Notes under the pieces: generated by a model
Told to the model about the DNA's origin: nothing
Seen by the model: only the letters and a program-made list of their open reading frames with translations
The model's database searches: none
From: Amphiscolops sp. MND2022
Lineage: Eukaryota
Direction of reading: 5' to 3'
Assembly (NCBI GenBank): GCA_964187785.1
Contig: OZ076415.1
Span: 11,904,001-11,968,000 of the forward strand
DNA length: 64,000 nucleotides
In this document: positions 11,850-24,762 of the stretch, in pieces
How positions within the stretch are numbered: the stretch's first letter is position 1
Layout: every line of letters starts with the position of its first letter
Made by a program: the position numbers and the translations under genes

Positions 11850-12257
11850 TTGAAAAAAGTCTCAATACCAAAAAACTGAGAGGGGCCCTTTGGGATTTTT
11901 CAACATCCATTCTGTCGCCAAGCATCAAAAAATTGAAGGAGGGACTCTTTGAGGAGCATTTTTTTTTCGAAAAAAAGTCGCACAATGCCGAAAAAACTTT
12001 AAGGGACCCTTAGGGGACATTACTTGAAAGGGACATTACCGGGACCCTTTAGTCTCGACCGGTAATGTATGTAACGCGGAAAAAAAGGAAAACCTTTTTG
12101 GTTCAGTTCACTAGGCCAAATGGTTCAAATTGACACTATAAAATTCTGTAGAACTTGTACAACTACTTTGGTCACTTCAGGTGTATCGAAAAAAACACTG
12201 ACGAAAAGTCTTGACTATAGTCGACTCTTCTCTCTAGAAAAGCTCCGACTAAAAAAA
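11850..12257 (-). mobile_element. Family A partial copy
   Basis: Body motifs aaaaaagtcgcacaatgccgaaaaaa and gggaccc; terminal ctccgactaaaaaaa; the 3' hairpin end is missing. Confidence 0.6.
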
Positions 12258-12279
12258 GCAGATCCAACTACAATATATA

Positions 12280-12435
12280 CCGCATTTCTTCGAATACAGG
12301 TCGCGGCTTGTAAGTTTTTTCCGTAATTTCGCGGCCTACATTCGAAAAAATATGGTAAGCTATGGCTTTTGAGATAAAATTTTCAGACTTAATGCGGCTT
12401 CTAATCGGGGGCGACTTCTATTCGAAGAAATACGG
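12280..12435. mobile_element. Tc1/mariner-pogo-like MITE
   Basis: TIR ccg(c/t)atttcttcgaata.a.gtcgc at both ends; TA on both flanks (12278-79, 12436-37). Confidence 0.75.
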
Positions 12436-12969
12436 TACAAGTCAATGGAATATAAATGAGCTCCCAAAATTTTCGTTTCAAATCCACCTTTTCAAGGCTG
12501 ACAGACAACTTTGGAATTGAACCGAACGGGATTTAAATTTTTAAAAAATGACATCGAAACTCAGTGGAGATTGAATTCTAGTTGCCCAAATCCTCGAGCT
12601 TCAAGGATAGTGTACAATTACATAAATCCCTCATTTTGTTTCAATAGTACAATTAGTATTTAATTCAATTCAAAATTTTAATTCGAAAGAAAAGTTAAAT
12701 AATTTTAGTTAGATATAATTCCAAAACAAGCCTGCTTAGAAAACACCCGTGTTACTAACTGGCTACTAGCAGGAATATTGATGTTCCTGTTAAAATCAGA
12801 AGCTCTGTAATACGGAGAATAGGCAAGGTTCAACCCGCAGAGGAAATAGATTATGGGGTGTTTTCAAAGTGGCAAACTTCCCAAAATTTTGTTTTAAGTG
12901 ACTGAAATTTCGAAAAAACTCGAACTTCAATCAAGTTTTCCTGAAATTTACTATCTATAACTCTTTCAA

Positions 12970-13135
12970 TATGGGTCGTAGAAAATTCAAATAAACGTTT
13001 CGTTTTTATAAAATAGCTAAAATCCCAAGAAACTTTGGGGAGTGACATCTGTTTTGAATTTGCGACAGCAGTTTTCGGGATACCTGGATTTGAATTTTAT
13101 CATTTTAAGCAAAGGAGTTGCGATATTTTAGAACG
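12970..13135. repeat. Dispersed repeat shared with 39780-39935
   Basis: gggtcgtagaa.attcaaa...gttgcgatattttagaacg occurs in both places. Confidence 0.6.
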
Positions 13136-13182
13136 AAACTAGTACTTTGGGTGGGCTGAATACTTTGGGTGGTGTGACTGAC

Positions 13183-13316
13183 CTCCAATGCATGTTGAAC
13201 GATTCTCATGGCCATCAGCTTCTTGCCGTTGTTCCTGCCGTGCATCATCATGGAGTTGATCAGTCTCTCCACGATGGGACAGGTGGCCTTCCTGAACCGC
13301 TTGTGCTGGTACCTCC
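13183..13316 (-). CDS. RPS5: RPS5 coding exon 2
   Basis: tag|GG...GAG|gtcagt; (G)[44 protein letters not shown]; phase 1-0. Confidence 0.97.
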
Positions 13317-13759
13317 CTAAATGGTGTCAAACATCAAACACACCCCCACTTACAGAGAGTCGCGAACATGTAATAGTTCAATTTAAGATGGTGTCCGGAC
13401 ATTACGCCCAATAATTATACATTTAACAATCTTTCAAATTATTGGGCGTAGGGTCCGCTTTGGGTGTAATGTCCTTGGACGTAATGTCTTTGGGCGTATT
13501 GTCTTAGAAGCATGTAGAAATTTGCACTAGATATTCTACCCAGTGGAATTCACTCCCAGTGTTTCTTGGAAACATCCAAATTTCTTCACAACTTTTCAAA
13601 TCAAGACTGAAGAAGTTTTTAATTTCTGAATCTCGTAATGAACTTCCATATTACGATGTGAATACGTGGCATTTGATAGGCGAGTGGGTTCCGCTTTTAA
13701 CATGAATCCCAACATCGTGCGAATATTTTTATCATTTTCAATTAGTTTCATTTATCTTC

Positions 13760-14325
13760 TAAAAATAGACGCCTCCGGGGCACATTACTATATCTGCTTT
13801 AATCTTTCATTAATATTATTACACTGCTTTGTTTTAAAACAAAGATGATTTTGTTTTTAATAGCAAAGGTATAATTCAGTGTTTTTTAAATAATAGAATC
13901 ATGTCTGGAATACCAATACACTGTTTAATCATTATTTAGCGCACAATTAATCACTGTACAAGTTTACACCGCCTTTAATTCTTCTCGGACTAAAGAAAAT
14001 ATGTATAACTACTAAGCGTAGACGAAGTTTCGCATTCGCATTTGAATGCAGGCGAAGCTCTCCGAGAACGAATAATTAACACTCATTCGCTCCATCTCAA
14101 TGACGTCAGCGTACGAATGCATAGTTACCACTCGCTCGTTCCATCGCACGAGTATTGAAATGTCGTCGGCAGCTTGAGAAATTAAATTCTCACGCTTACA
14201 GTCACTGCTGAACAAATTTCTGAATTATTCAGTATCGTGCGAAGAATTGTACTGAAAAAAAGTAGACATTTTCACATTTCAATAATTTTCCTGCTATCGC
14301 AGAAATAATAAAATAATTTTGTACA
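13760..14325. repeat. Dispersed repeat family D, copy in an RPS5 intron
   Basis: Highly similar to 440-945 along its length. Confidence 0.8.
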
Positions 14326-14355
14326 CTCTCAATACTATCTTTTATTATTGTTTTG

Positions 14356-14812
14356 TTATTTTCCGCCCATATTTCATATGGGAAAGGAAAATATTTAAAT
14401 CAAACGGGTTTTTTTTTACAAAATTTGCCAAGATTTTATTTATATTTAAATTTAAGGGTGTTACCCATAGAATTCAACCCACATAAATTTAGCTTCGTGC
14501 GATATGTATTTGTAGAGATTTTTGAAGTTTTTTTAAAAAATGACGAAAATGACGAAAATGACCCCTTAATGACAAAATGACCCCGAAAATGACAAAAATT
14601 CCCAAATTTCTCATTTTTAAACATTTTTATGCAATTTTTGCCATTTTTTGAGACACCGCGAATTAGAAAAATGGACAAGATGAATCGAAGCTTTCTTTTC
14701 TTCGAACTTCTCAGCGTTTTTATAGTGCATTAGTTATTCTTGAGCCTCAAATTTATGTAGTTGTAGAACAGTTCGGGGCGGAAAATATCCCGCTCCTCAG
14801 CGGGCGTCTTGT
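14356..14812 (+). mobile_element. Helentron-like family B element, complete single-unit copy
   Basis: Starts ttattttccgccc with hairpin cccatat-ttc-atatggg; ends gggcggaaaata with hairpin cccgct-cctc-agcggg then cgtcttgt; no TSD. Confidence 0.75.
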
Positions 14813-15314
14813 ATTGTAACTAATTCTGAAAATTGAATATAGTGTTTCTCATCATCATCATCATTTTAATAAGCCGCCGAGAAAGAATCCGATGATAGGC
14901 GTTAATCGAATCTTTTAAACATCATTTCACTAATGTTTCTTTCGAAAACTTTTTTGAAAGTTTTAACTAATCTACTAATCTTACTAATCTGGGTTTCTAA
15001 AATTATAAATCTCTTGGGACTAAAGTGCGTTTTGAGGATTGTTCTCATCAAATTTTTGCAAAAATTAATTTGTCACCGAGCATGTACAAGATGTTTCTTT
15101 TGTTTTTGTGACCAAGCACTTCGATATAAGATTTCGAGTTTATGGTTACATATGATTTTTGAATACCGACGAACTGTATTGGGAAGCGTTGATTACAATT
15201 CAAAAATTAAATCATTGGTCGACCGAAAATACTTGAAAAGCGAGCGAATCAATTTTTTATGAATCATTCAACTGTGATCATATAATAAAGTATGCGCATG
15301 GTGGGGTCACTGAC

Positions 15315-15459
15315 CTGCAGTGTGGGGCAGATACCTCATGCACTTGCCCCTGATGCCGACGTAGTCGTGGATAGACAGATCCTGACAGCGCACATTCTCC
15401 TCTTGCAGAGACCACTTGTCGAACAGCTTCACAGCAGACTCGGCCGGAGCTTCATCCAT
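15315..15459 (-). CDS. RPS5: RPS5 first coding exon
   Basis: tttcag|agatATG; MDEAPAESAVKLFDKWSLQEENVRCQDLSIHDYVGIRGKCMRYLPHTA(G); donor G|gtcagt, phase 1. The four exons total 600 nt. Confidence 0.92.
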
Positions 15460-15545
15460 ATCTCTGAAACAATTTCATACAGTGCCTGCCTCGCATTGTT
15501 TGGACGGCTCAGCTTGGAAAAGTGCTCCCTCTGCAATGTACAAAC

Positions 15546-16080
15546 AACAAGCCGGGAACGGCCCAAGTCGGCGCCATATCTAAGGCTCAAAAAGACTCGA
15601 AAACGAAAACCACTTTTTCTACAACTGGAGACAACAAAAGCTCTCAAAAAATCTAAAAATTGAGAAAAAAAATCCGAATTATTTTTTCGAAATTTTTTTG
15701 AAGTTTCCGGTAAGTCGCATAGTGCCGAAAAATGTACAAGGGGGGACGCTTTGGGATTTTTTGAACATCCATTCTGTTGCAAAATATCAAAAATTGACGG
15801 GAGGAACAATAAAAAAATTTCGGAAAAAAATCAGTCTCACAGTGCCGAAAAAAGGAGGAAAGTCTCATAGTGTCGAAAAAAGTGGACCCTTCTGCTTTGG
15901 AATGACTTTTTATCTCATGTTAGAGGCTTTGGATGCGTTGAAAATGAAGTACTAAGTACATATGGTAAAAGTTGGTAAATGTGCATTAATGCACAAAAAG
16001 TGGACGTTTCGCGTTGAACTGACGAAAAAAAACTAGCCACTGTAAGAGTCGGGATTTTCTTCGAAAACGCCGACTAAAAA
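15546..16080 (-). mobile_element. Family A Helentron-like element
   Basis: aacaagccgggaacggcccaagtcggcgccatatctaaggctcaaaa at one end, aaaacgccgactaaaaa at the other. Confidence 0.75.
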
Positions 16081-16984
16081 TCGATGAATACCTTCTATTA
16101 CTTTAAGGCGCATCGTCAGGTACTAATCGATCCAAAATATTCCATCAAACCAAATTTTTTCAAACTTGACCAGCTGATGAATTTCAAATCGAAACAAAAG
16201 CTGCAAAATTTAGCTAGATTTTACGGGGAAATTCTGAACTACTACCGCGACATTCTTAATTGCCGCCATTACTTATGTTATCTCTTCTCACTGCTACCAG
16301 AACTGGCCATGACAGCGGATCGAAAGAAGTCTGAAAGAAAGATAACATTTAAAGCTTCTGTAAATTTCAGCTCACGCAGAAACATTAACGGAAATTATCA
16401 TAATTTATCATTTGAATTTCAATCTTGAGACGCTCAATTTATATACAGTAATTTGAAGTGCCCATTCAAATTTAAAGTTTCAAGATTGAAAAAAAATTAA
16501 CGGGTATATCAACGATAGGCCGTTGTGAATTTGCGAGTCCTAATGCCGTATGTCTACACTTCAACTACCTACAAGTATCAGCTATCGCTTTCGTTATTCC
16601 CTTCACATGCAATGGCAAAATGACTCTTCAAGGAGTCAAAAGTTTTGTAAATTTTCACAAACAAACGTGTTAAAAGTTCAATTTTTCTGTCACAAACTGG
16701 ATTCTTGTTTCAAATTGAAGTACAAATTGAGAACTCTCGATTTTCGAGAAGACTTTCTTAAAAATTCCAAAGGCTTTCGCTGAACGGACACACGTCTACT
16801 GGCTTTGTCAAATTCTTTTCTGGCTTTGTTTATGAAGATATGATGAATTGTGTATATACAGCTTTGCAGATGAACCTTCTCAGGTAGACAAAATTTTTAT
16901 GTTTGAACTTTGCAAAAATGAAAACCAGATAAGCGTTATTGAGAATATCCAAACCTGAGACTGCAATTATATGTTTAGATGAAT

Positions 16985-17110
16985 TCATGGAAAAACCTGC
17001 AAAGACCGTGTCAACAGAAACGCTGATCTATTAGAAAGAGCCAGTTTGGTTTCAATAGAAGAGGTGCAGAGAACCCAGAGGCTAAAATGGTACGGACACG
17101 TGCCAAAACA
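16985..17110 (+). pseudogene. RTE-like LINE 3' relic
   Basis: Manual translation KDRVNRNADLLERASLVSIEEVQRTQRLKWYGHV resembles the post-RT RLRWFGHV motif of RTE-clade LINEs. Confidence 0.6.
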
Positions 17111-19116
17111 GTGTAAAGGGGACATAAATACGGCCGATGACTTCAAATTTACGAATTGGAATCGGATATCGCATTCATCGAATCATTAATCATTTCCCCT
17201 TTAATAGGATATGGGGAGGGATGAAGAGAAAAGGATTTGCAGTCAACCATTTTTCCCGAATTTGCGGGGAAAGAATACCAATTGTATGATGGTTTGCTAT
17301 TCATCTCCTGTCGACGCCGACCGTTGTTTCGACCAAATTTCTTCAAAGCTGCAAGAACTTCGCAGGAATCGGAGATTCAATCTGTCTGGATTTGAAACCA
17401 TACCGTTTTAGGTGATTTTGTACTCCAGAAAAGACTTCTCAGGGTTAATATTTCTCCAAAGAGCTGCAAGTTTTTGATAATTAAAACAACGCTACCTTTT
17501 TCGATTGAGTAAATGTCGAAATATTCTCACAGCTAAAAATCCATCTTTCGTTGATTAATGAGTTATTTTCAAAAATACCGTAAAACTGTTATCGTTCAAA
17601 AAAATTATTCAGAAAACTTTTTGGCTAGCAGTCAATTTCTTTAGTAAACTATGGTTTGTCGTAAAAACAGCCTTTTGCCTCTGGTTTTAAAAAAAACATC
17701 ACTTCAATATTTAAAACTATATTCAAGTGATTCAAAACAAAATTTGCTCGATTGAAAAACGTGTTTTTCAAAAATTGTTTCATTCGTTTTTGTGACAGCA
17801 TCATCAATTATTCAATTACCAACTTTTGATTCAATCGATGGTAGAACAATGATCGCAGTTTTCAAAACCTTTGAAATTTGAGAAAGCAAATTATTTATCC
17901 ATTTTAGGATTTGCAAATGTGAAATCTTCACAAAAAAATAAGAAATCAGTAAGTTCATAGTAATCCGCCTCTAATCTGTCAACTAGCCGCGTGACATCTA
18001 ATTTGGTTATAATAAGAGACAATATTTAATGGTAAATTGATAATGAAATTCATTTTAACATGTATCTAGGGTGACGTATCTAGTCTTTCTAAAATCAAAA
18101 TTCTAAAATAAATAGAAAATATATTGCGGTATTAGACTGAAACATGAAAGGGGTCCAAAAAATGGGCATTTCAGACGTTGGTTGCATTTTGATGAACTTA
18201 ATTTCTGAAGCATTTTCCAGACTTAATTTCTGAAGACATGAAAAAAATGCGGATGAAAAAGAATCCTTGAAAAAATTTGGCTTCATAGCAATACCCAACT
18301 CTGAAATGAAACAAAAAGTTAACTACAGCACCAATTTTAGTTAAGAATGATTGCTCACATAACACATAAAGATGACAATAACATTTATTGCAATTTATTT
18401 GGACAAAATTTCAAATCCTGAATTTAAAAAATATCAAATGGATCATAAAAATAATTCATAGAATTTATATATTTAAAATCGAAAGAAAAATCTAGTTGAG
18501 TGTCTTGGCAATTTTAAATGCGTCAAGATGCATAGGAGTCCTTTTTGGAACATTTTAAAATTTAAAGTTGCCGCAGCACAAGGTTGTTAATTATAGTTTT
18601 TTTCCCACGAAAAATGTTTACCAGGTTTTTTAACGAATTTTATTGTTTTTTGTATTTTTTCCTCTTGGGAAAACTACCGTGGAAAACAATGTGTTATGCA
18701 CAACTGTTTTCCATTTGTTGCCAAATATTTCATTGTACAAAAATTTAACAAAGGAATGTATAGCATGAAAGTCGTTCACTTCGTTGATTTTTTTCCAGAT
18801 ATCATCTTTCATATGAGGCGTTCTGATCTGTGAACAAAAAGTACCGAACAAATTGAACAGTCAGAACCTAGACCATGAACAACTGAAAAGAAGTGTCTGA
18901 AAAAAGACAGGAAAAAACTGTTTTTTAAATTGTTTCATTCATGTTTTTTCTTGTGTTTTATTCATGAACAAAACATCAACAACCTTGCCGCAGCATTTTG
19001 TGAACTTTTGCAGACAGCTGTGAAATCGGCTTCATTTTAAATTCTTGTTCAGCATTGTGAAGATTCGTTCACATCTCAAAGACACGCCGCGGATCTTGAC
19101 AACAGTCACCTGATCT

Positions 19117-19428
19117 TCAACTACGAGCGAGTGAACAAGGAGTCGGATCTTTGCTCATATGAACAGGCGGCTCTGCGTAGGAGCAGCACTGAATAAGATG
19201 TGCATCGTTGTTGTAATGGCCCGTGACGTCATTGGGAGCTAGATTGTCTGTTGTTGACGTCATTCTAGAGCTCCCGGAAGCTCCGCCCACTGCTAATGTA
19301 CTGGAGCAAGTTAATGTAGACGCGGAGGGGTCGCAGTCTGAAGAGCTTGTATCCATCTTTGAAGGTCCCGGCGTATTTTCTTGTTCTTTCAACAGCAGTT
19401 CGTAGTTTCGCTTCACTATTTCCCGTCT
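19117..19428 (-). CDS. ANKIB1: ANKIB1-like exon 11 (terminal, low complexity)
   Basis: ttctttaag|AGA, phase 0; RREIVKRNYELLLKEQE...SLARS*; supported by phase only, no recognisable homology. Confidence 0.65.
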   Translation of the reverse strand, partial: RREIVKRNYELLLKEQENTPGPSKMDTSSSDCDPSASTLTCSSTLAVGGASGSSRMTSTTDNLAPNDVTGHYNNDAHLIQCCSYAEPPVHMSKDPTPCSLARS

Positions 19429-19866
19429 CTTAAAGAAAAACAAAAGCTTCAAGCATGGAAAAATACGCGCTGAAAACCCAGACGTCTGATTTCAGTGGGA
19501 AAATGGAGTGATTTTTTTCTGATACGTTTTGCTTCTAAAGACGAAGATTGAATAAAATGAGCCGGGATTACCATATGTCTCCATGGAGCGAAATGTCCTG
19601 AAAATTGCTTCCACTAGATTAAGTTCAATCTCCATTCGATGGGAAGAACAGGAAACAATTATGGCTTTAAGTAAAAAAAATTAAGTAAAAAACATATTAG
19701 AGTGAAACAATCAAAAACCAATGGCATCTTTAGCATAGCCCAAAAAATTTTCAATAAAACATTTCCGATAAGATCAGCATTAGCTTGTACTTCGAGATGG
19801 GAAGCACATAAGTGGTCGAGTGTTGAAAAGGTTTCTAAAATGCTTCTAAAAATAGTTGCTACAAAC

Positions 19867-20029
19867 CTCTCGGTCAAGTCTTTCGTTGTCCAGGAACACC
19901 GGAGGAAATTCATTATCTGACAAGAAATGGGAGTCTTCGTTTGGAATAGCGGGCGTACACCGCTGTCCCGAAGGAGTGAAACCCGAAGCTTCTAGCCATT
20001 CCAGTTTGTCTCTTCTCATACAGGCAAGG
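19867..20029 (-). CDS. ANKIB1: ANKIB1-like exon 10
   Basis: tttcag|C...GAG|gtttgt; phase 2-0, compatible with neighbours. Confidence 0.7.
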
Positions 20030-20451
20030 CTGAAACGAGCCAAACAATATTTATACAAATATACAACAAAAATGTATATATTATACATTGGGGTGCCAAA
20101 AAGCTAGACAGTAGATTTGGATAACGAAAACTTTCGAAGCGCGAAATCTTTTAATATATTCATTTTACAAGAAAGTCTAAGGAGCAAAAATTTTGATCAG
20201 CAATACAAGAGTATTTTTCGTTTCGAAATCGAATCAAAATTTTAAAATGATATCATATTGTACCCTCGTGTATAAAAGTTTGCATTGTCTGACCTACAAA
20301 CAGGGTGAAAACGAAAACAAATTTTTAGGTGACAAAGTCTGGTTTATCGGTGCAATCTGTATCATTCACATTTCAAAACAGAGGCTTAAATAAGAATACG
20401 CTCAGGAAAAATGTTGCGATCTTTCTCGTTTGCCAGAATGAATTTCCATAC

Positions 20452-21224
20452 CTGCAGAAGTTAGCTTGTGACACAAGTGGTATGGAATTGACCCTCATGG
20501 ACTTCGCCAATGCTTTGGATTTTTCCGCGCGTCTCTGGCTGAAGAATATCTGGCTGATTCCCAGTTTCCTCTTGGGCGGATTAGGTGTCACACAAGGTGT
20601 CGAAATTTTCCTGTCACATGTCTTCCTCGCACAGTCCTTCATGTCTCTGTACTCAATCAGGGGTTCCGACTCCTTGCTTACTTTGCTACTTTTCCGGGAA
20701 GAAGTGAGTCTGCTGCTGCTGAATTTCTGCTTGGTGACCAGAGGAGCCGGAACTTTGCAGGGTGTGGCTGGAACTGTTTTCTGGTAGTAGTCTTCTTGGC
20801 CGTACAACATTGGTATGTTGTTATGACACCCAGTGGAATCCACGAGCCAACCATCGCCATGACACACCATTTCATACAACGATGCCATCACTGCTTGGCG
20901 TTCAGACATGTTCATTTTCAGTGGGTCCATGCAAACTTGCACTCCCTGGAAAGTTTTCCGTTTTCTCTTGAAAATAGGCGAAGTGTCGGTAGGAAGAACA
21001 CCTCGTGTAGTTGCATCCAGGAGGTCGTACCTTTTCTTCTTCACTATCAGTTGCGCTTTCTCGATCAGGAACCAAGGAGTGCTGAGATGCTCTCTGTTGA
21101 CGATATGGGCAAGATTTTCGGCAGTTTCTTCCAAGTCTATTTGCATGTATTCAAACAGCGATCTGATGTTCTCGTGATCAGAGCTGCTCAGATAGAATGC
21201 AAAGACATACGACGCACTGAGAAC
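20452..21224 (-). CDS. ANKIB1: ANKIB1-like exon 9 (Ariadne-domain C-terminal part)
   Basis: tttcag|GTT; VLSASYVFAFYL...LFEYMQIDLEETAENLAHIVNR matches the Ariadne domain; donor AG|gtatgg. Confidence 0.88.
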
Positions 21225-21822
21225 CTGAAACAAATTTCATTTCATTGAAACAGATTTACGGTTCTTTTCTATTTCTCTACCATCAATTTTTTTGAGAAAT
21301 TTACAAAAAATTTCGAACTAATTAAATTCGACGTGAATTTTTTTCCATAAGAGAAAGTTAAGTTGTATTGGAATAGTTTTTCGTTTAAACAAAACATTTT
21401 CACTCACTCTGAATGTGATCATGTTGAAAATTAACTGTTTTTGTGACTCAAAACAGAAAGCGGTTAAGTTTTCATCAAGAAAGCGTGACTTTATAAGGAA
21501 AAATAGCGTGAACAAAGTTTGTATCTGAATTCTAAACTGTCATCTTGAGAATAAATATAAAGTTAAAGGTTTCTAATTTAGTTGTGTCTTTCTATTTTAA
21601 TATTTTCACAAATTTAAAAAAAACAGGGTGGGGGGCGGAGGCAGAAAAGAACCAGATCTACTTCCGTCTTCATCAATCAAACTATGTTTCACATTCGAGT
21701 TTTCTCTTCTGGGCCCAGTTTTTTTCTCAGGAAAACTCAGAACTAAATTCATAAGACATTGCTGATTTTGTCTTGTAAGAAACATCACAGCCAAAACTTG
21801 AAAACCCATAAAAATTACCCAC

Positions 21823-22893
21823 CTTTCTGGTTAAAATCAGTTCCTTGATGGCACGTTCCAGAAACGTGAGATGTCTTCTCTGTTCATTAGCTGGATCATC
21901 ATCTGTGTCGTCAATTTCAGCCAACTTGTCTTCCAAATCATCCAAAGGTCCTGCGTGATTGAACGACTGCAACAGAGCCGCTACTTTCTCTTGGGCCTGG
22001 TCCAGAAGCGGGAGTTCAAGTTTCATTGAAAGTTTGTGATTGTAATACCTTGAGTAATAATGCAAGAACTTGTGCAGATCAGCTATTCGTTCTCGATGTG
22101 ATTTGAGAGCGCGATAGGGTCTGGGTTGTGGCGTTGGAGCAGTCGTTGCTCTGTTTTCTGTCGAACTTAGCGGTCCATTGGATACTGTGGTGCCTTGATT
22201 GTTGGTAGCAACACTTGTCGCATTGTTTGAGGAACTTGCAGCCGCTGAAGCTGCGATTGCTTGGGCCTTGCTTCTAGGTATCTTTCCACTTTTGAGTCCC
22301 ACTATTTCATGCCCGGGAGTAACACCTCCCGTACAATTAGAAGCGAGTGTAGGGGTAGATAAGTTTGGTCTCGTAGGCTCTGTTGGCTGCGTTGAGATTT
22401 TGTGACGAAGCCCACCCGCGATGGGTGTCACATTGATGTTTGACTGGGTGACGTAACCATTGGCTCTAGTGGTCAGGGTAGAAGATGCAGTAGTTGATGC
22501 GGTGTTAGTAGTAGTCGAGGTACTATTAGTGGATGTGTTTCGAGCGGCAGTTGTCGTTGTGACGTTGGTAATAGCATTGGCAGCAGAAGCACTGGTCGAT
22601 GAATTAGCGGTTGCATTGGCTCTATTAGCCGCTTCTCTCTGGTTGATTTCTTCCTCCGTTTCGAACCTGTTGCATCGCCAAAAGCCCCCCGTTTCACTTC
22701 CGTGTTTGGACCAGGGCGTGAGACAAATCCAACAAAACTCGTGTCGACATCCTTTGGCGCCACACTTCATGTGATTGCAACCGTCCGCCTTCTGTATAGG
22801 AGCACTGCATTTAGGACACTGCTTACTTTGGGTTATGAACCACAAGTAGTTAGCAGCATACTCCGCACTTTCCCAGATATCTTTGGTGCCCAT
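21823..22893 (-). CDS. ANKIB1: ANKIB1-like exon 8 (RING2 + low-complexity insert + Ariadne start)
   Basis: CPKCSAPIQKADGCNHMKC...FCWICLTPWSKHGSETGGFWRC with the catalytic GCNH Cys; KFLHYYSRY; AAG|gtgggt. Confidence 0.95.
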
Positions 22894-23780
22894 CTAAAAA
22901 TAGAAATTCGTTAAATCTTTTCATATTTCATCCAATTCTAAACATTGGAACCCAAAATAGCACGTAGCATTTTTCACCAATTTTTTATAAAGAGTTATTC
23001 GAATCTAAGAAAACTCGTCGCAAGTACTGAAAATCATCTCAGTTAAATATAGTGCCAACTTTGTTTGTGCTCGTACTGTGCTATGAATTCTAAATTATTA
23101 TTAAGTGCTACATTGTAAACTGTAAATGTGAAACATTTCGAGCAATTATATAACTGAAAAAAAGGTTTATTATGCGTAAATGTATGCGCGAAAGCTTTAT
23201 GTATGCAGGAATTCGCGCATCAATTAAGGAAAATTAATTCATAAATAGCACTGAGTAGTCCCTGTAACTATTCGACAAATAGTTTGCTCCTCAATTATTA
23301 TTCGACGAGTTAATTTTTGAAGTTTTCCGCCCTTTTATTTCGACGAGTTGCATTCGGCGAGTTGACTCGGCGAGTTGTCTTCGACTAGTTTTCTGCATAC
23401 CATTTCGATCAGCTACTGATATAAAGTTACTTTAGTCAACTGTGTTGAACTTGGGGGGGGGGTTGTGAGGTTGGATGGGGTTTATTCCACAAAATGTACT
23501 ACCAAAATCTCCTTTTGCTTATGCATGTTGTTAATTTTCGTCTTCTTAGATTAATGCAAAACACTACTTTCAGTAGCAATTCTGAGAAGTTCGGAAAGTT
23601 CCAAAATATTCGAAGTACAAATCTGTTAACTTGCAAAAAAGTTTGTTTTCGGTCGACATTTTATGTATGGACCAGGCGCATACCGTTTTTTTACACAACT
23701 GTTTCATCAAAAAAGTTTTTTAATAGGTCATTAGATACGTCGCTTCATGGCAGAGAAGAAATAAGGGGAAGAAAGCGCAC

Positions 23781-24206
23781 TTGATTAGGCTTCACTTCGT
23801 CTATCTTCTGAAACCACTGAGCCCAGTGTTTGCACGACGCTGGCTGATGGCCCTCGTTGAGGCAGTACCAGCAAAAATAGTGCCCACTCGAGCATGTAAC
23901 TGACACTGAACTCAGTCTCTCATTGGCTACGACTTGAAAGCTGGATTCGGACGACTTGCCACCCTTGGTTTTCGTCTTCCCCGACTTGAGTGATTGATTG
24001 TCGTTCTTCACAGTGAGAGGCACTCCAGTAGCCGAGTGAGGTCTGAGGACTTCCAGGGGTCCCTTGTTACTGACAGTCTGTGCCGTGGGTTCCTTCGAGC
24101 TTCCCGGTTTTACGTCTTCGGTGATGTTGTGATTGATGATTGCATTTAGAGACAGAATGTCTCCGGGCAATGGGTTTGCAGTCAATGAGTAGTAGTAGTT
24201 CACGCA
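23781..24206 (-). CDS. ANKIB1: ANKIB1-like exon 7 (second half of IBR)
   Basis: ttttag|TGC; VTCSSGHYFCWYCLNEGHQPASC; CAA|gtgcgc. Confidence 0.92.
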
Positions 24207-24608
24207 CTAAAAACAAAGCAGGTATCTTTAAATGGCGCCCGATCACTGGAATCGAAATCAATTGTTAATATTAAACAGTACTATTAAACAGGCGTTGGTA
24301 TTAAATAATATTCAACAAAACGGGAATGTCCCAAAACGACACTCCACTTAAGGATTGAAAAGCGCAGTCCTTCAAAGTGGTTGAGGGCTCGTTCTTGAGA
24401 ATCTTCAAAACAATCGCACAGTGCCGAAAAATCCCAAGGAAGGACCCATTGGTCTAAAAACATTTTCAACTAAAAGTACTGATAAAACCATGGGGGACTC
24501 TTTCAAAATAAAGGGAACTTTTTTGAAAAAAGTTGAATATTGCCGAAGAACCGAAAGGGGTTTCAAAGGGAACCGAAAGAGGGTACTCAGTACAAAAAAA
24601 TAACCCTC

Positions 24609-24738
24609 TGTAATGGAAATCTTTGAATAATTTGCCACGTGCCATTATTAATCATTGTCAATATTGAATAAAGTGATTCATCAACGTCAAGAGTTTCGAC
24701 CCCCATTTAAAGTAAGAACATTCCAATTTTCTTCTACA
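24609..24738 (+). repeat. 5' LTR of Pao element 1
   Basis: tgtaatgg...ttctaca; contains aataaa; matches 28060-28189. Confidence 0.96.
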
Positions 24739-24741
24739 TTT

Positions 24742-24759
24742 TGGTGACCCCGACGTGAT
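24742..24759 (+). promoter_or_regulatory. Primer-binding site complementary to the tRNA-Trp 3' end
   Basis: TGGTGACCCCGACGTGAT, 3 nt after the LTR; the reverse complement matches the animal tRNA-Trp end ATCACGTCGGGGTCA-CCA as recalled. Confidence 0.85.
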
Positions 24760-24762
24760 TTT

